Made by a program: the position numbers and the translations under genes. A model generated the notes under the pieces. That model was not told the origin of the DNA and searched no databases. It saw only the letters and a program-made list of their open reading frames with translations. Shown here piece by piece: positions 1-10,889 of a stretch of DNA of 47,927 nt; the stretch's first letter is position 1; each line of letters begins with the position of its first letter. The stretch lies in contig NC_057719.1 of assembly GCF_004010195.1 (NCBI RefSeq), forward strand, positions 44,191,781 through 44,239,707, read 5' to 3'. The DNA comes from Chiloscyllium plagiosum (lineage: Eukaryota).

Positions 1-400
1 GAAAGGCTGAGGCATTTGGGGTTGTTTTCATTGGAGAAAAGAAGGTTTGGGGGTGACTTGATAGAGGTGTGCAAGATGATTAGGGGTTTAGATAGGGTTG
101 ACCGTGAGATCCTTTTTCCACGTATGGAGTCAGCTATTACGAGGGGGCATAGCTTTAAATTAAGGGGTGGTAGGTATAGGACAGATGTCAGGGGTAGGTT
201 CTTTACTCAGCGAGTCGTGAGTTCATGGAATGCCCTGCCAGTAGCAGTGGTGGACTCTCCCTCTTTATGGGCATTTAAGCAGGCATTGGATAGGCATATG
301 GAGGATAGTGGGCTAGTGTAGGTTAGGTGGGCTTGGATCGGCGCAACATCGAGGGCCAAAGGGCCTGTACAGCGCTGTATTCTTCTATGTTCTATGTTCT
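1..400 (+). mobile_element. CR1/L2-group LINE 3' end (ORF2 C-terminus, 3' UTR, (TTCTATG)n tail)
   Basis: Translation LGLFSLEKRRFGGDLIEVCKMIRG...TRGHSFKL...FFTQRVVSSWNALP is the typical CR1-type ORF2 C-terminus; ends in ttctatgttctatgttcta. Confidence 0.9.
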
Positions 401-477
401 AACCTCTTACTGGTCCCTCTCCCCTTTGAGAATATTCTGCACCCTCTCTGAGATATCCTTGATCCTGGCACAGGGAC

Positions 478-673
478 GAGAGTGTGGCGCTGGAAAAGCA
501 CAGCAGGCCAGGCAGCATCTGAGGAGAGGAGAATCAAGTTTTGGAAGGAAGCCTGATGAAGGGCTTATGCCCGAAACGTCGATTTTCCTGCTCCTCAGAT
601 GCTGCCTGGCCTGCTGTGCTTTTCTAGCATCACACTCTCGACTCTGATCTCCCGCATCTACAGTCCTTACATT
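478..673. mobile_element. Penelope-derived palindromic short element (family A)
   Basis: Arms gagagtgtggcgctggaaaagcacagcaggccaggcagcatc / gatgctgcctggcctgctgtgcttttctagcatcacactctc are inverted; ~30-nt tail tgatctcccgcatctacagtcc; same family as the termini of the GIY-YIG element at 36891-38468. Confidence 0.8.
553..580 (+). ncRNA. Minimal hammerhead ribozyme-like motif (family A)
   Basis: CTGATGA-a-GGGC-ttat-GCCC-GAAA-CG-TC: both conserved core boxes plus stem II; stem I weak in this copy. Confidence 0.5.
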
Positions 674-1170
674 CTACTGCCTGGCACCAAGGAGGCAACA
701 CGCCATTCTGATGTCTCGCTGTTGATCGCAGAAACATTTGTCTGTGTCTCTGATTAGATAGTCCCCTATTACAATTGATCGCTTGGGACCTGACGTTCCC
801 CTCCCTACGTTAGAGTTCGTCTTGGTACCAGAAACCTGGCTGTCAGTGCTACAATCCTCTGAGAGTCCATCACCCCCTACATTTTCCAAAACAGCATACT
901 TGTTTGAGATGGGGATAGCCACAGGAGACCCCTGCACTACTGGCCTCCTATCTTTCCTGGAGGTAACCCATCTACCTGACCATATCTTCAATTTATCTCT
1001 CTTCCTGCAACTGCTATCCATCACACCTCCGGCTTCTGTAAATTCCTCATTGCCTCTAACTGCTACTCCAACCGATTGCAATCTGATAGGATTTGTAACC
1101 AAACATGTTTCCTGCAGACATAATCATCAGTAACATGGAAACTCTCCCTCATCTCCTACATCTGACAGAA
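674..1170 (-). mobile_element. CR1 LINE ORF1 fragment (SGNH/esterase-type), degenerate
   Basis: IPISNKYAVLE...RSIVIGDYLIRDTD...CCLLGAR resembles the CR1 ORF1 esterase motifs (vvGDSi.R...ClPGA). Confidence 0.7.
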
Positions 1171-1574
1171 AGAGCACATCCCTCTACTAAAGGCCATCTT
1201 TGCACCTGAACAATTTATAGACCTAGAAAATAGTATAGTCTTACTGCTCTAAAATCTCTGTACCAGACTAAGTTAGAATCAATGCTTTGTATTTTTAAAG
1301 TTTAATCAAGAGACAGATCTTAATAAAACATATAATCAAAAAAGAACCCGCTATACTCACTATTGTAGATTTACAAAAAAAAGTAAGGTTACCCTTTAAA
1401 AAGCCACTTAGATTATCCTCTGCTATGAGCTCTCCCACACAGGTTTCTTCAAGGTCAGCTGTGAATTTCGCTGTTTGATTATTTTTCTGAGACAACTCCG
1501 ATATCCAGCGATACTTGAAATCAAACAGAAGATTCACCCCTGGGTCAGACAGCAGTGCAGGTTTATTTCTCCAT

Positions 1575-1928
1575 TTAGATTAGATTAGATTAGATTACAG
1601 TGTGGAAACAGGCCCTTCGGCCCAACAAGTCCACACCGACCCACCGAAGCGAAACCCACCCATACCCCTACATTTACCCATTACCTAACACTACGGGCAA
1701 TTTAGTATGGCCAATTCACCTGACCCTGCACATCTTTGGACTGTGGGAGGAAACCGGAGCACCCGGAGGGTGCTGGATCCAATTACTGGATTATCACCCG
1801 GAGGAAACCCACGCAGACACGGGGAGAACGTGCAAACTCCACACAGTCAGTCGCCTGAGTCGGGAATTGAACCCGGGTCTCTGGCGCTGCGAGGCAGCAG
1901 TGCTAACCACTGTGCCACCGTGCCGCCC
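1575..1928 (-). mobile_element. tRNA-derived V-SINE (HE1-like shark SINE)
   Basis: Reverse strand starts gggcggcacggtggcacagtggttagcac (A box), gggttcaattccc (B box), V-domain tctccccgtgtctgcgtgggtttcctcc, (AATCT)n tail; close to copies at 7637, 8382 and 21520. Confidence 0.92.
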
Positions 1929-2951
1929 ACGAATTTGATTCACTTCCCATGTGGTCACTGCTTTTGCCTCTTTTCCTCATTTTTAAAGTGCTGTTGTTTT
2001 TACCCCAAAGTTGCAAAACAATGCTACAGCTTATAAAACAGTAATTACTGCTCCTAGAATTCAAGGAAATCAGCCCCATTACTAAAAATACCTCAAAAAG
2101 GAAGCAGCTCTTACAGCCACAATTTTTTCCCATCCCTTCATCTTGGATTACCCTAGTCTTCATCTATAAATCAACACTCAAATTTCAGAAAGATGTTTGA
2201 AACATCAAAGGTCAGCTTTTATGCCAGTCTATGGAATGATACTTGCTGCTTGATTGCCTTCCCACATGATCGAGAATTTCTGCAATTTAACATACAAAAG
2301 ATACTTTCTGTTAATTTGCATACTTTCCTCAGTTACATTGCAGTTTTTAGCCACTCACATGCTTATAGTGTACAATTTTGGTGTCCTCTTTGATCCTGAC
2401 CAGAACTTGAAGGCTCAGTCAATCTATTACTAAAACTGATTCATTTGCACCTGGCACAAAATTTTCTGCATTCCCAATTCTATCCTAACCAAATGTTGTG
2501 CACCAATTCTCTTGCATTACCCCGTCCTAAAACTAAAGACTTATTGTTGTTGTTGCCTGTCTTCACTATCAATATCAAATCTACTGTCATTATTTATAGG
2601 TCCTTCCAATATTATATCCCATTCTAATACTGTAAGTTTCACGCAGCTTTTCATCCTTCAGCCTCCAATTAACTGTGTATCCTTACAATTGATAATCAAT
2701 TTTCTGGCTATTATAATCCTGCACCTGCATACCATTCTTCATCCCTACTGCATCTGTGGCCTCCACAACATTTTTCTCAAACCGTATGTCTTTGGTCATA
2801 TTCTTTGGCTTCACTAAAAGTGCTACAATTATGTGAAAGTAGATGTTGTTGTTGTCATCATCAAGAAAACAGTTGTCTTAACATAATTAATGTATGAATT
2901 TTAGCAGAGTTAGATACTTTTTCTTTCATTATGAATAGGATATTCTTTTAG

Positions 2952-3071
2952 GTTTACAATACCAGATAGAAGATGGCAAGAAGCTAAGGGGAAGGACCAG
3001 CAATGGTATGAAGCTGCACTGGCAGATGATAATCCAGTAATTGTTTATCTTCATGGAAATGGAGGCAGTAG
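2952..3071 (+). CDS. ABHD12B: ABHD12-family alpha/beta hydrolase, internal exon (equivalent to exon 4), most like ABHD12B
   Basis: ttttag| 120 bp |gtaatg; (W)FTIPDRRWQEAKGKDQQWYEAALADDNPVIVYLHGNGGS(R) matches the ABHD12/12B GKD..WYE.AL...PII.YLHG motif; tail-to-tail with a PYGL-like gene as in human ABHD12B-PYGL. Paralog call less certain than family. Confidence 0.85.
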
Positions 3072-3223
3072 GTAATGCCATTTTTGAAAGTACAAATGAT
3101 TATTTACTAAGTAGACTATCTCCAGAACCTGTATCACATTTAATAGTGCTTAGTAGACTCTCATATTGATGTTTTCATTTATATTTCTGTGTAATAATTA
3201 AACATTTTGTTGATTAAATTTAG

Positions 3224-3254
3224 AGCTGCAGGACACAGAGTTGAACTGATAGAG
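3224..3254 (+). CDS. ABHD12B: ABHD12-family hydrolase, 31-bp exon (equivalent to exon 5)
   Basis: tttag| a gct gca gga cac aga gtt gaa ctg ata gag |gtaaac = (R)AAGHRVELIE, in phase with the previous exon; compare ABHD12 GGDHRVELYK and ABHD12B AASHRLKLVK. Confidence 0.85.
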
Positions 3255-3908
3255 GTAAACACTACTTTGCTTTCATCAGTGCATATTTTCACAGGGGCTC
3301 TATCAATTCTGGGAAAACAATATCTTTGCTTGTTTACGCCACATAATATATACTTTAAATCTTTAGAGTTCTATTGTTAAAAGTCAAATATATTGAGCTA
3401 AAAATGTCAGTGTTTTGTAGATGTCTTCATCTCACATAAAATTTCCAGACTTTATTTGACCTAATAACTGTATTGTTAGAAAGAGAAACACATCAGGCTT
3501 CAGGTAAAGTAGAACTGTACTTTCAAAACTCTCAACTGCCTAATTTTTGACTTTATGTTCACTGCAATAACTTCTAGTAATCTGTCTGCTCAACTGCTCC
3601 CTCACTTCAATTTTTATGTCCCTGTCCTCATTAAAACCTCTACTCCAAGTCTGCTTGATTCCAAAATATTGGATGCATCTTTGCTTCCTCAAAGCCAAAG
3701 TGCACAGGCTGATGATATCTGGGGCTGATTGTCTTAGCCATCTATTATGAGATCTGGCTGGTTCGCACTGAGTACTATCATGCCTCACTGAAAATTGTTC
3801 AATAATCTTAGATCGTCTTGATTTGGAGATGCTGGTGTTGAACTGGGGTGTACAAAGTTAAAAATCACACAATACCAGGTTATAGTCCAACAGGTTTAAT
3901 TGGAAGCA

Positions 3909-3943
3909 CACTAGCTTTCGGAGTGACGCTCCTTCATCAGGTG
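3909..3943 (-). ncRNA. Minimal hammerhead ribozyme motif (family B) in Penelope terminal repeat
   Basis: Minus strand: CAC-CTGATGA-a-GGAG-cgtca-CTCC-GAAA-GC-TA-GTG; stems I and II pair; palindromic AGCT in place of stem III. Confidence 0.7.
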
Positions 3944-4378
3944 ATAGTGGAGGGCTCGATCGTAACACAGAATTTATAGCAAGAATTTTCAGTGTGATGT
4001 AACTGAAATTATACATTGAAAAATTGATTGGCTGTTAAGCCTTTCATCTGTTAGGATACCATGATAGTTTTACTTCTTTCACGTGTAAATCACAAAACCT
4101 TTTTTTTAAAGTTGCATTCTTGAGTTAGCTGTTAACAATGGTGATAGCTAGACAATATGTTGAAGGTGTTGGCCCCTTATGTTCTCTGTCTATGCCATGA
4201 TGTTTAGATTGATTCTAATCTAAAAAGTGAGATCACAAGAGTTTTACATAAATTCATGTAGTTTTTGAGCAAAGTACAATGTAACTCTGCAAGTACAAAT
4301 TCAACCCACAAAATATATGTGTGCATGTGGGTCTTTGTCTGTCTGTGTGTGTCTGTCTGTCTGGGGTGGGGGTTGTGA

Positions 4379-4413
4379 GTGTGAGAAAGTGTGTGTGTGT
4401 GTGTGTGTGTGTG
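4379..4413. repeat. (GT)n microsatellite in Penelope 3' region
   Basis: gtgtgtgtgt run directly visible. Confidence 0.9.
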
Positions 4414-6495
4414 AGATGCAATGGTGATCACCTGTAATGTGACTTGAACCCAAGGTCCCGGTTGAGGCCCTCCCTATGGGTACCGAACTTAGTTATCAGC
4501 CTCTGCTCGGCCACTTTCCTCTGCTGCCTGTCCCGAAGTCCACCTTGGAGGATGGTCACCCGAAGGTCCGAGGCTGAATGTCCTGGACCACTGAAGTGTT
4601 CCTCAACTGGGAGGGAACCCTCCTGTCTGTTGATTGTTATGCGGTGCCCATTCATCCGTTGTCGAGGCCTTTGCTCGGTTTCCCCAATGTACCATGCCTC
4701 CGGGCATCCTTGCCTGCAACATATAAGATAGACAACGTTGGCTGAGTTACATGAGCACCTGCCATGTACACGGTGGGAGGTGTCCCCATGCGTAATAGTT
4801 GTATCTATGTCCACAATCTGACAAGTCTTGCAGCGTCCACCGTGACAGGGTTGTATGGAGTTGACCTGAGAGCCAGGCAGTTTGCTACGAACAATGATCT
4901 GTTTGAGGTTTGGCGGTTGTTTAAAGGCAAGTAGTGGAGGTGTGGGGAAGGTCTTGGTGAGGTGCTCATCCTCATTGATAATGTGTTGCAGGTCACGAAG
5001 AACATGGTGTAATTTTTCAGCTCCTGGGGAGTACTGAACAACGAAGGTACCCTGTCAGTTGCAGCACGTGTCTGTCTCCTGAGGAGGTCATTACGGTTCC
5101 TTGTTGTGGCACATCGGAACCGGCGGTTGATGAGTTGAGCATCATACCCCGTTCTTGTGAGGGCATCCTTGAGTACTTCCAGGTGTCCGTCACGTTCCTC
5201 CTCATCTGAACAGATTGGTGTATGCGTAGGGCTTGTCCATAGGGAATGGCTGTTTTAATATGTTTTGGGTAGAAGCTGGAGAAGTGTAGCATTGTGAGGT
5301 TGTCTATGGGTTTGCGGTAGAGTGTGGTGCTGAGGTGTCCATCCTTGATGGAGACGCATGTATCAAAGAATGAGACAGATAGTCGAGAGTAGTCCATGGT
5401 GAGTTTGATGGTAGGATGAAACTTGTTGATATCACGGTGTAGTTTTATCAGTGACTCCTCGCCATGGGTCCAGAGGAAAAAATGTCATCAATGTACCTGG
5501 TGTACAATGTTGGTTGGAGATCCTGCATAGAGAAGAAGTCTTGTTCGAACCTGTGCATAAAAATGATGGCATATTGGGGTGCAAATCTGGTCCCCATGGC
5601 TGTTCTATGTGTCTGGATGAAGAACTGGTTGTCAAAGGTGAAGACGTTGTGATCGAGGATAAAGCGGATGAGTTGTAGGATGGTGTTTGGAGATTGGCAG
5701 TTGTTGGTGTTGAGTACTGAGGCTGTTGCCGTGATGCCATCATTGTGGGGGATGCTGGTGTAGAGTGCAGATTCTCACATAGGGTCCCATTGCCCGACAC
5801 GATGGGACGTCCCGGTGTGTTGGCTTTGTGTACCTTTGGAAGGCAGTAGAAGTCGCCTACACGAGAAGTACGTGGGATGAGGGCGTGTAGGGAACTCTGA
5901 AGGACTGGATCCAAAGTTCTGATCAGTGTGCTTAATTCTCAGGTATGTTCTTTGGTTGGATCAGTTGGTACTAGCCTGTAGTGTTCCTGGTTGTTCAGTT
6001 GTCGGTACACTTCCTTGCAGTAATCTGTTCTATTCTAAATGACAATGGCTCCTCCTTTATCTGCTGGTTTGATGACAATGTTGTGATTGGCTTTGAGAGC
6101 CTGGATGGCATTGCGTTGTGAACGGGTGATGTCTTGCTCTACCTTGTGGGTACGGCTGATGAATCTGGCATTTATATATTTCCTGACAGCTTGAGCATAC
6201 ATGTCAAGCCCAGGGCAGCGGCCCTCCGGTGGGGTCCATGTTGACACCTTCTTTGGTCGCTCCTCTCCAGATCCCTGTGATGACTGTTCCAGTTCATCAG
6301 TGGGCTCAGTGGGATCACTGCAGGCACCTTGAAAGAATTCCCAGAGTCTCATTCGTCTGATGAACTCCTCTGTGTCTGCTGCCAGAACCAACGGGTCCAT
6401 TTTGGTGGTGGGGCAGAAGTTGAGACCCCTACTCAGGACTTCAGTCTCTTCCGGTCGAAGGGTGTGGTCCGATACGTTGACAATAGACTTTCCCG

Positions 6496-6816
6496 CAGTG
6501 TCTTGATACAACTTCTTTCGTGTGTGTTGGGGTGGTTGCTTTCATAGTTCAGGACTTGGTCTGTTTGTGTGGCTTTCCTGTATAACTTTGTGGTGAATTC
6601 TCCATTCGGTGTTCTCTGTACCATCACGTCTAGGAATGGGAGTTGGCTGTCTGTTTCTTCCTCTCCAGTGAATCTGATTCCTGTGAGTGTGTCATTGATG
6701 ATCTGGTGTGTGTTTTCTATTTCTGTGTTTTTAATGATTACAAAGGTGTCATCTACATATCTGACCCAGAGTTTGGGTTGAATTTGCGGTAAGACTGTTT
6801 GTTCTAATCTTTGCAA
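6496..6816 (-). mobile_element. Inverted 5' segment of a Poseidon-type Penelope element (RT core)
   Basis: WVRYVDDTF...LPFLDVMV...LYRKATQTDQVLNYESNHP..SCIKTL; continues on the + strand from 6818 as TLFKRA. Confidence 0.88.
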
Positions 6817-7295
6817 TACACTGTTCAAAAGGGCCACAACACACTGCAGCACACCAGAACTGCAAAAAGAGGAAGAAGAACACCTCTACAATGTATTCGC
6901 CAAAAACGGATACCCCCACAATTTCATCAACAGATGCCTAAGGGAAAGACAACGGAATGAGGTCCTGCCACAACCCAAAGAACTAGCCACACCACCATAC
7001 ATCAAGAACAGTTCTGAACTGACAGCCAACCTACTGCGACCACTAGGACTCATAACAGCACACAAACCAACAGCCACTCTCAGACAACAACTCACCAGGA
7101 CAAAGGACCTGATACCCAGCATGAGCAAAACCAACGTAGTGTACAAAATCCCAAGCAAGGACTGCACAAAACACTACAAGGGACAAACAGGAAGACAGCT
7201 AACGATCCTTATCCATGAACACCAACTAGGCACGAAACGACACGATGACAAGCAACATGAGTTCGACTGGGACAACACCACTATTATAGAGCAAG

Positions 7296-7502
7296 AGCTG
7301 AAAATGTGTTGCTGGAAAAGCGCAGCAGGTCAGGCAGCATCCAAGGAGCAGGAGAATTGACGTTTCGGGCATGAGCCCTTCTTCTTGGGCTCATGCCCAA
7401 AACGTCGATTCTCCTGTTCCTTGGATGCTGCCTGACCTGCTGCGCTTTTCCAGCAACACATTTTCAGCTCTGATCTCCAGCATCTGCAGTCCTCACTTTC
7501 TC
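7296..7502. mobile_element. Penelope-derived palindromic short element (family A) with 15-bp TSD
   Basis: Near-perfect hairpin agctgaaaatgtgttgctgg...ccagcaacacattttcagct plus tail; ctattatagagcaag duplicated at 7281 and 7503. Confidence 0.88.
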
Positions 7503-7636
7503 CTATTATAGAGCAAGCCAAACAGAGAACAGCCTAGAGGCATGGCATTCATCCACAGATTCTATCAACAAACACATCGACCTGGACCCAATATACCGGC
7601 TACTGCAGCTGACAGCTGGAACTGACAACTGGAAAC

Positions 7637-7956
7637 GGGGCGGCACGGTGGCACAGTGGTTAGCACTGCTGCCTCACAGCGCCAGAGACCCGGGTTCAAT
7701 TCCCGCCTCAGGCGACTGTCTGGAGTTTGCACATTCTCCCCGTGTCTGCGTGGGTTTCCTCCAGGTGCTCCGGTTTCCTCCCACAGTCCAAAAATGTGCA
7801 GGTCAGGTGAATTGGCCATGCTAAATTGCCCGTAGTGTTAGGTAAGGGGTAAATGTAGGGGAATGGGTCTGGGTGGGTTGCGCTTCGGCGGGTCGGTGTG
7901 GACTTGTTGGGCCGAAGGGCCTGTTTCCACACTGTAAAGTAATCTAATCTAATCTA
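7637..7956 (+). mobile_element. tRNA-derived V-SINE (HE1-like)
   Basis: A/B boxes, V-domain and (AATCT)n tail. Confidence 0.92.
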
Positions 7957-8012
7957 AACCACTATAAATGCCAGAGGAAACAACACAGAAGCGCTTCACA
8001 GAAGGCTCCCAA

Positions 8013-8052
8013 GCACTGAGGATGTCACCTAGACAGGGGACGAAACGTCTGC
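8013..8052 (+). ncRNA. Minimal hammerhead ribozyme motif (family C) in Penelope terminal repeat
   Basis: GCA-CTGAGGA-t-GTC(a)CC-tagacag-GGGAC-GAAA-CG-TC-TGC; stems I and II pair, GUC cleavage triplet, palindromic ACGT. Confidence 0.72.
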
Positions 8053-8381
8053 GACACAAATTCCCAGCTTGACAAACAGAACCACAACAGGGAAGACAAT
8101 AGTTAATCTGGTGCAGAAATTACAAGAAATATAAGTAGAGTTCCAACGCAGTTCATCTTTAGTTTTCATCAATAATTCACTTGATCAAATTATAATGTGG
8201 GTAAGTCCAACTGCACAGGAAATATTTAACTTCAATGAACAGAATTCATTTTGTTTCCAAAGATTGGGTTTCAAAACATGGATTAAATCAATAGCACAAT
8301 TTCCTTATAATCTCTTTTTTTTTGCAATTGCAGTTATTGCAATTTTTGCAATTGTTTGCCAGTTATTGAATTTATTGAATT

Positions 8382-8693
8382 GGGGCGGCACGGTGGTTAG
8401 TACTGCTGCCTCACAGCGCCAGAGACCTGGGTTCAATTCCCGCCTCAGGCGACTGTCTGTGCGGAGTTTGCACATTCTCCCCGTGTCTGCGTGGGTTTCC
8501 TCCGGGTGCTCTGGTTTCCTCCCACAGTTCAAAGATGAGCAGGTCAGGTGAATTGGCCATGCTAATTTGCCCCGTAGTGTTAGGTAAAGGGGTAAATGTA
8601 GGGGAATGGGTGGGTTGCGCTTCGGCGGGTCGATGTGGACTTGTTAGGCCGAAGGGCCTGTTTCCACACTGTAAGTAATCTAATCTAATCTAA
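8382..8693 (+). mobile_element. tRNA-derived V-SINE (HE1-like)
   Basis: Same family as 7637-7956, with a small deletion in the A-box region. Confidence 0.92.
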
Positions 8694-9579
8694 ATAACAA
8701 TACTGCATATAAGCAACTCTGCAGTTCAAGAATGTGATTGCTTTTCAAGTTTTGGTTGTTTATTTAAATACAGACCAAACTCTGATGAAAATCTTTGCTC
8801 TGAAAGATTCTCTGTCAATAATTTGTCATAGTTTCAATTCTGCTGCTAATAGGCATGGATCTGCAGCAAAGGCAGTTAATAATTTTATCATAACCTAGTA
8901 TTAAATAAGGAAGCCATAAAGAGTGTTGCAAAGGTGACAGATTTAAGATGGTTGAATTGAGATGCTCTTCTGAGACTGGGTTCAGGCATACAGCAGGGCA
9001 TAGCATTTACACATGCTGTACTAAACGTGACAGAAATTGACCACACTGAGTGCTTGATCTGAGTATAGCCCACTACTCATTATTAACATCAGAAATATAA
9101 AATAAGGGAGTGGGACAATAGAGTTACAAAAGAGAAATTCTTCTAAATTTTCAGGATGGAGAAATGAAGGAGCAAGGAAAATGGTTTGACTGGTTTTGAA
9201 AACCTAATCTATGTTGGATCAAAACAATTGCAGTGAAGTCAAATTTATTCATGCGCTTTGCTGTTTCAGTTTTTATTACTATTTAAAATTATTCTTTAAG
9301 TGGAAATATACCAATTTTACTTCCTAGTTATTTTCTCTCTCATCCTGAAGACAGTGAATTGTGGTAATGCATAAAAATAGAAACTTCCTCAATTGTCTAC
9401 CCAAATAGCCACTTTTACATTGTGTAAGGTAGTCAATATTGACACATATATAAAGTACATATTAAAGCGTCATCAAGGGGCAGCACATATATAAGACTCA
9501 AACATTGAACATATTGTAGATGTTAATTATACCAAACATATACTTTTGCTTGGTAATGCATTGACATATTTAAACAAAT

Positions 9580-10825
9580 CCCTGCTAGGTTATGGCTTGC
9601 TCTCCATCACTGTCCTCATATCTAATCCCACCTTTTACTTCTACCTCCACAACTTTAAATTGACTTTCACTTTTCAGTTCCAACTTCTGAGGTTCAAAAC
9701 TTCTCTTTTTCTCCCTTTTTCTCTCTCTCTAACCCTTTCTTCTGGGTAAAGGTATTCTTTCTTTTTCTTCTGCTTTCAATTGGAAATTCAAACTGTTCCG
9801 TTTTCTTTTCAAGCTGTTTTAATTCTTTTGCTCATTGTTCTGCAACAGTTTTCTCTCTCTCTCTTTTGCTTTTGCCTTGAATTTAAACTGCTGCATTTGC
9901 AATTGAATTTTAGCCATTTCCAAAGATTCTAAATGCATTTCTGGCAATTGTAAAAGCTGAGATATTGCTGCAATTACCTCGCCTTTCCTCACGGACAAAG
10001 GCAACCCCAACTCCATTTTGCCTGCCAATTCTGACAGCTTTACCTTACTCACCTTCTGTAAACCAGTCCAAGTGAAATAGTCATTATTCCACAAGGCATA
10101 CCCTATTTAAACCAACCAAATGCAACATCTGAAAAATGAACATCAACTGTCTATGAGTCCAATAATCCAAAACTCAAACTGGCGTTAGAGATTTTGACTC
10201 CAACAAGAGCCCCAAATTGCTATGGACAAAACCCCCTCAAAATATATCAAAGAGATAACCTAGACCCCAGCTTTTATCTTCTTTTAATGCAAATGTATGA
10301 TGCTGTGTTCCAGATGTGACTTAATTGGTCACAAATTACGCTTTAAGCAAAACACTACAGTTAAAAAGAAAATGGCACTTTATTAAAATGCTCAGTGAAG
10401 TGATGTATTATTTAACTACGGCTCATCCCTTGTTCAAATATTGCAGCAACCCATAAGTACATCCTTGGCAAGACCAAATTTAGCAAAACAGATTTTCTCA
10501 CTTGCTATCTCCTCTAGTCTAGGAAAAAAGGACACTGACAGAAAGAATCTAGCAGTAGAGAGAGAAAGCTCCAACATTTTGCAGCAGCAAAATAAAGCTG
10601 CATTTATTAGGTTTCACTCCATAAACTCCCATCTTTAACAACTGAAAACAAAAACTAAAACACTGGGCCTCTGTGAGTCTGACTCCACCCATTCATGCTT
10701 CCTTTATCTAAGTTTAAAAGAAACCCAAAGCTATTAACTCTGCTTTCCTTGGTACAGACAGCTTGGCACCCGGTTGACAACACATCTCTTCAAGAAAACC
10801 AGAAGTCTTAAGTGTATTGTACCAC
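9580..10825 (-). mobile_element. Gypsy LTR retrotransposon relic: LTR (~10218-10825), PBS-like tggggctc, start of gag
   Basis: gagcccca-aat-TGctatggac layout parallels 23757-23780; gag-like LQKVSKVKLSELAGKMEL...IAAISQLLQLPE followed by charged coiled-coil coding sequence. Ends approximate. Confidence 0.65.
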
Positions 10826-10889
10826 TAAAATACAGAATAGTAACCTAATAGGGTCACAATAAGGGTGTAAACAATAAAGTTTAAATCAG

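Larger units (their letters stand above)
3820..6495 (-). mobile_element. Penelope-like retroelement (Neptune-type), RT plus GIY-YIG endonuclease, frameshifted
   Basis: LSRGLNFCPT, IVIKPADKGGAIVI, FYCLPKVHK..PGRPIVS, YIDD (~5490), LSTTLYRKP, cysteine linker PCHGGRCKTC, GIY-YIG NVVYLICC...YIGET..R..H, GLN; (CA)n then 3' terminal repeat. Confidence 0.92.
6818..8090 (+). mobile_element. Poseidon-type Penelope element 3' part (RT thumb, GIY-YIG, terminal repeat), interrupted by two insertions
   Basis: TLFKRATTHCS...NGYP, PYIK, NVVYKIPSKDCTKHYKGQTGR..IHEH; 3' end matches the element at 24062-24463. Confidence 0.88.

Noticed and set aside
7637..7705. tRNA-like sequence with A and B boxes (also at 8382 and 1860-1928)
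   Set aside because: These are SINE heads followed by the V-domain and tail, not tRNA genes.
8321..8381. Short degenerate ttgcaa/ttattgaa repeats just upstream of a SINE
   Set aside because: Low-complexity slippage-type sequence with no regular period or evident function.
9328..9363. 36-nt AG/GT-flanked segment (YFLSHPEDSEL) resembling LILHAEDD
   Set aside because: Wrong length for that exon, weak similarity, and a stop in phase 0.
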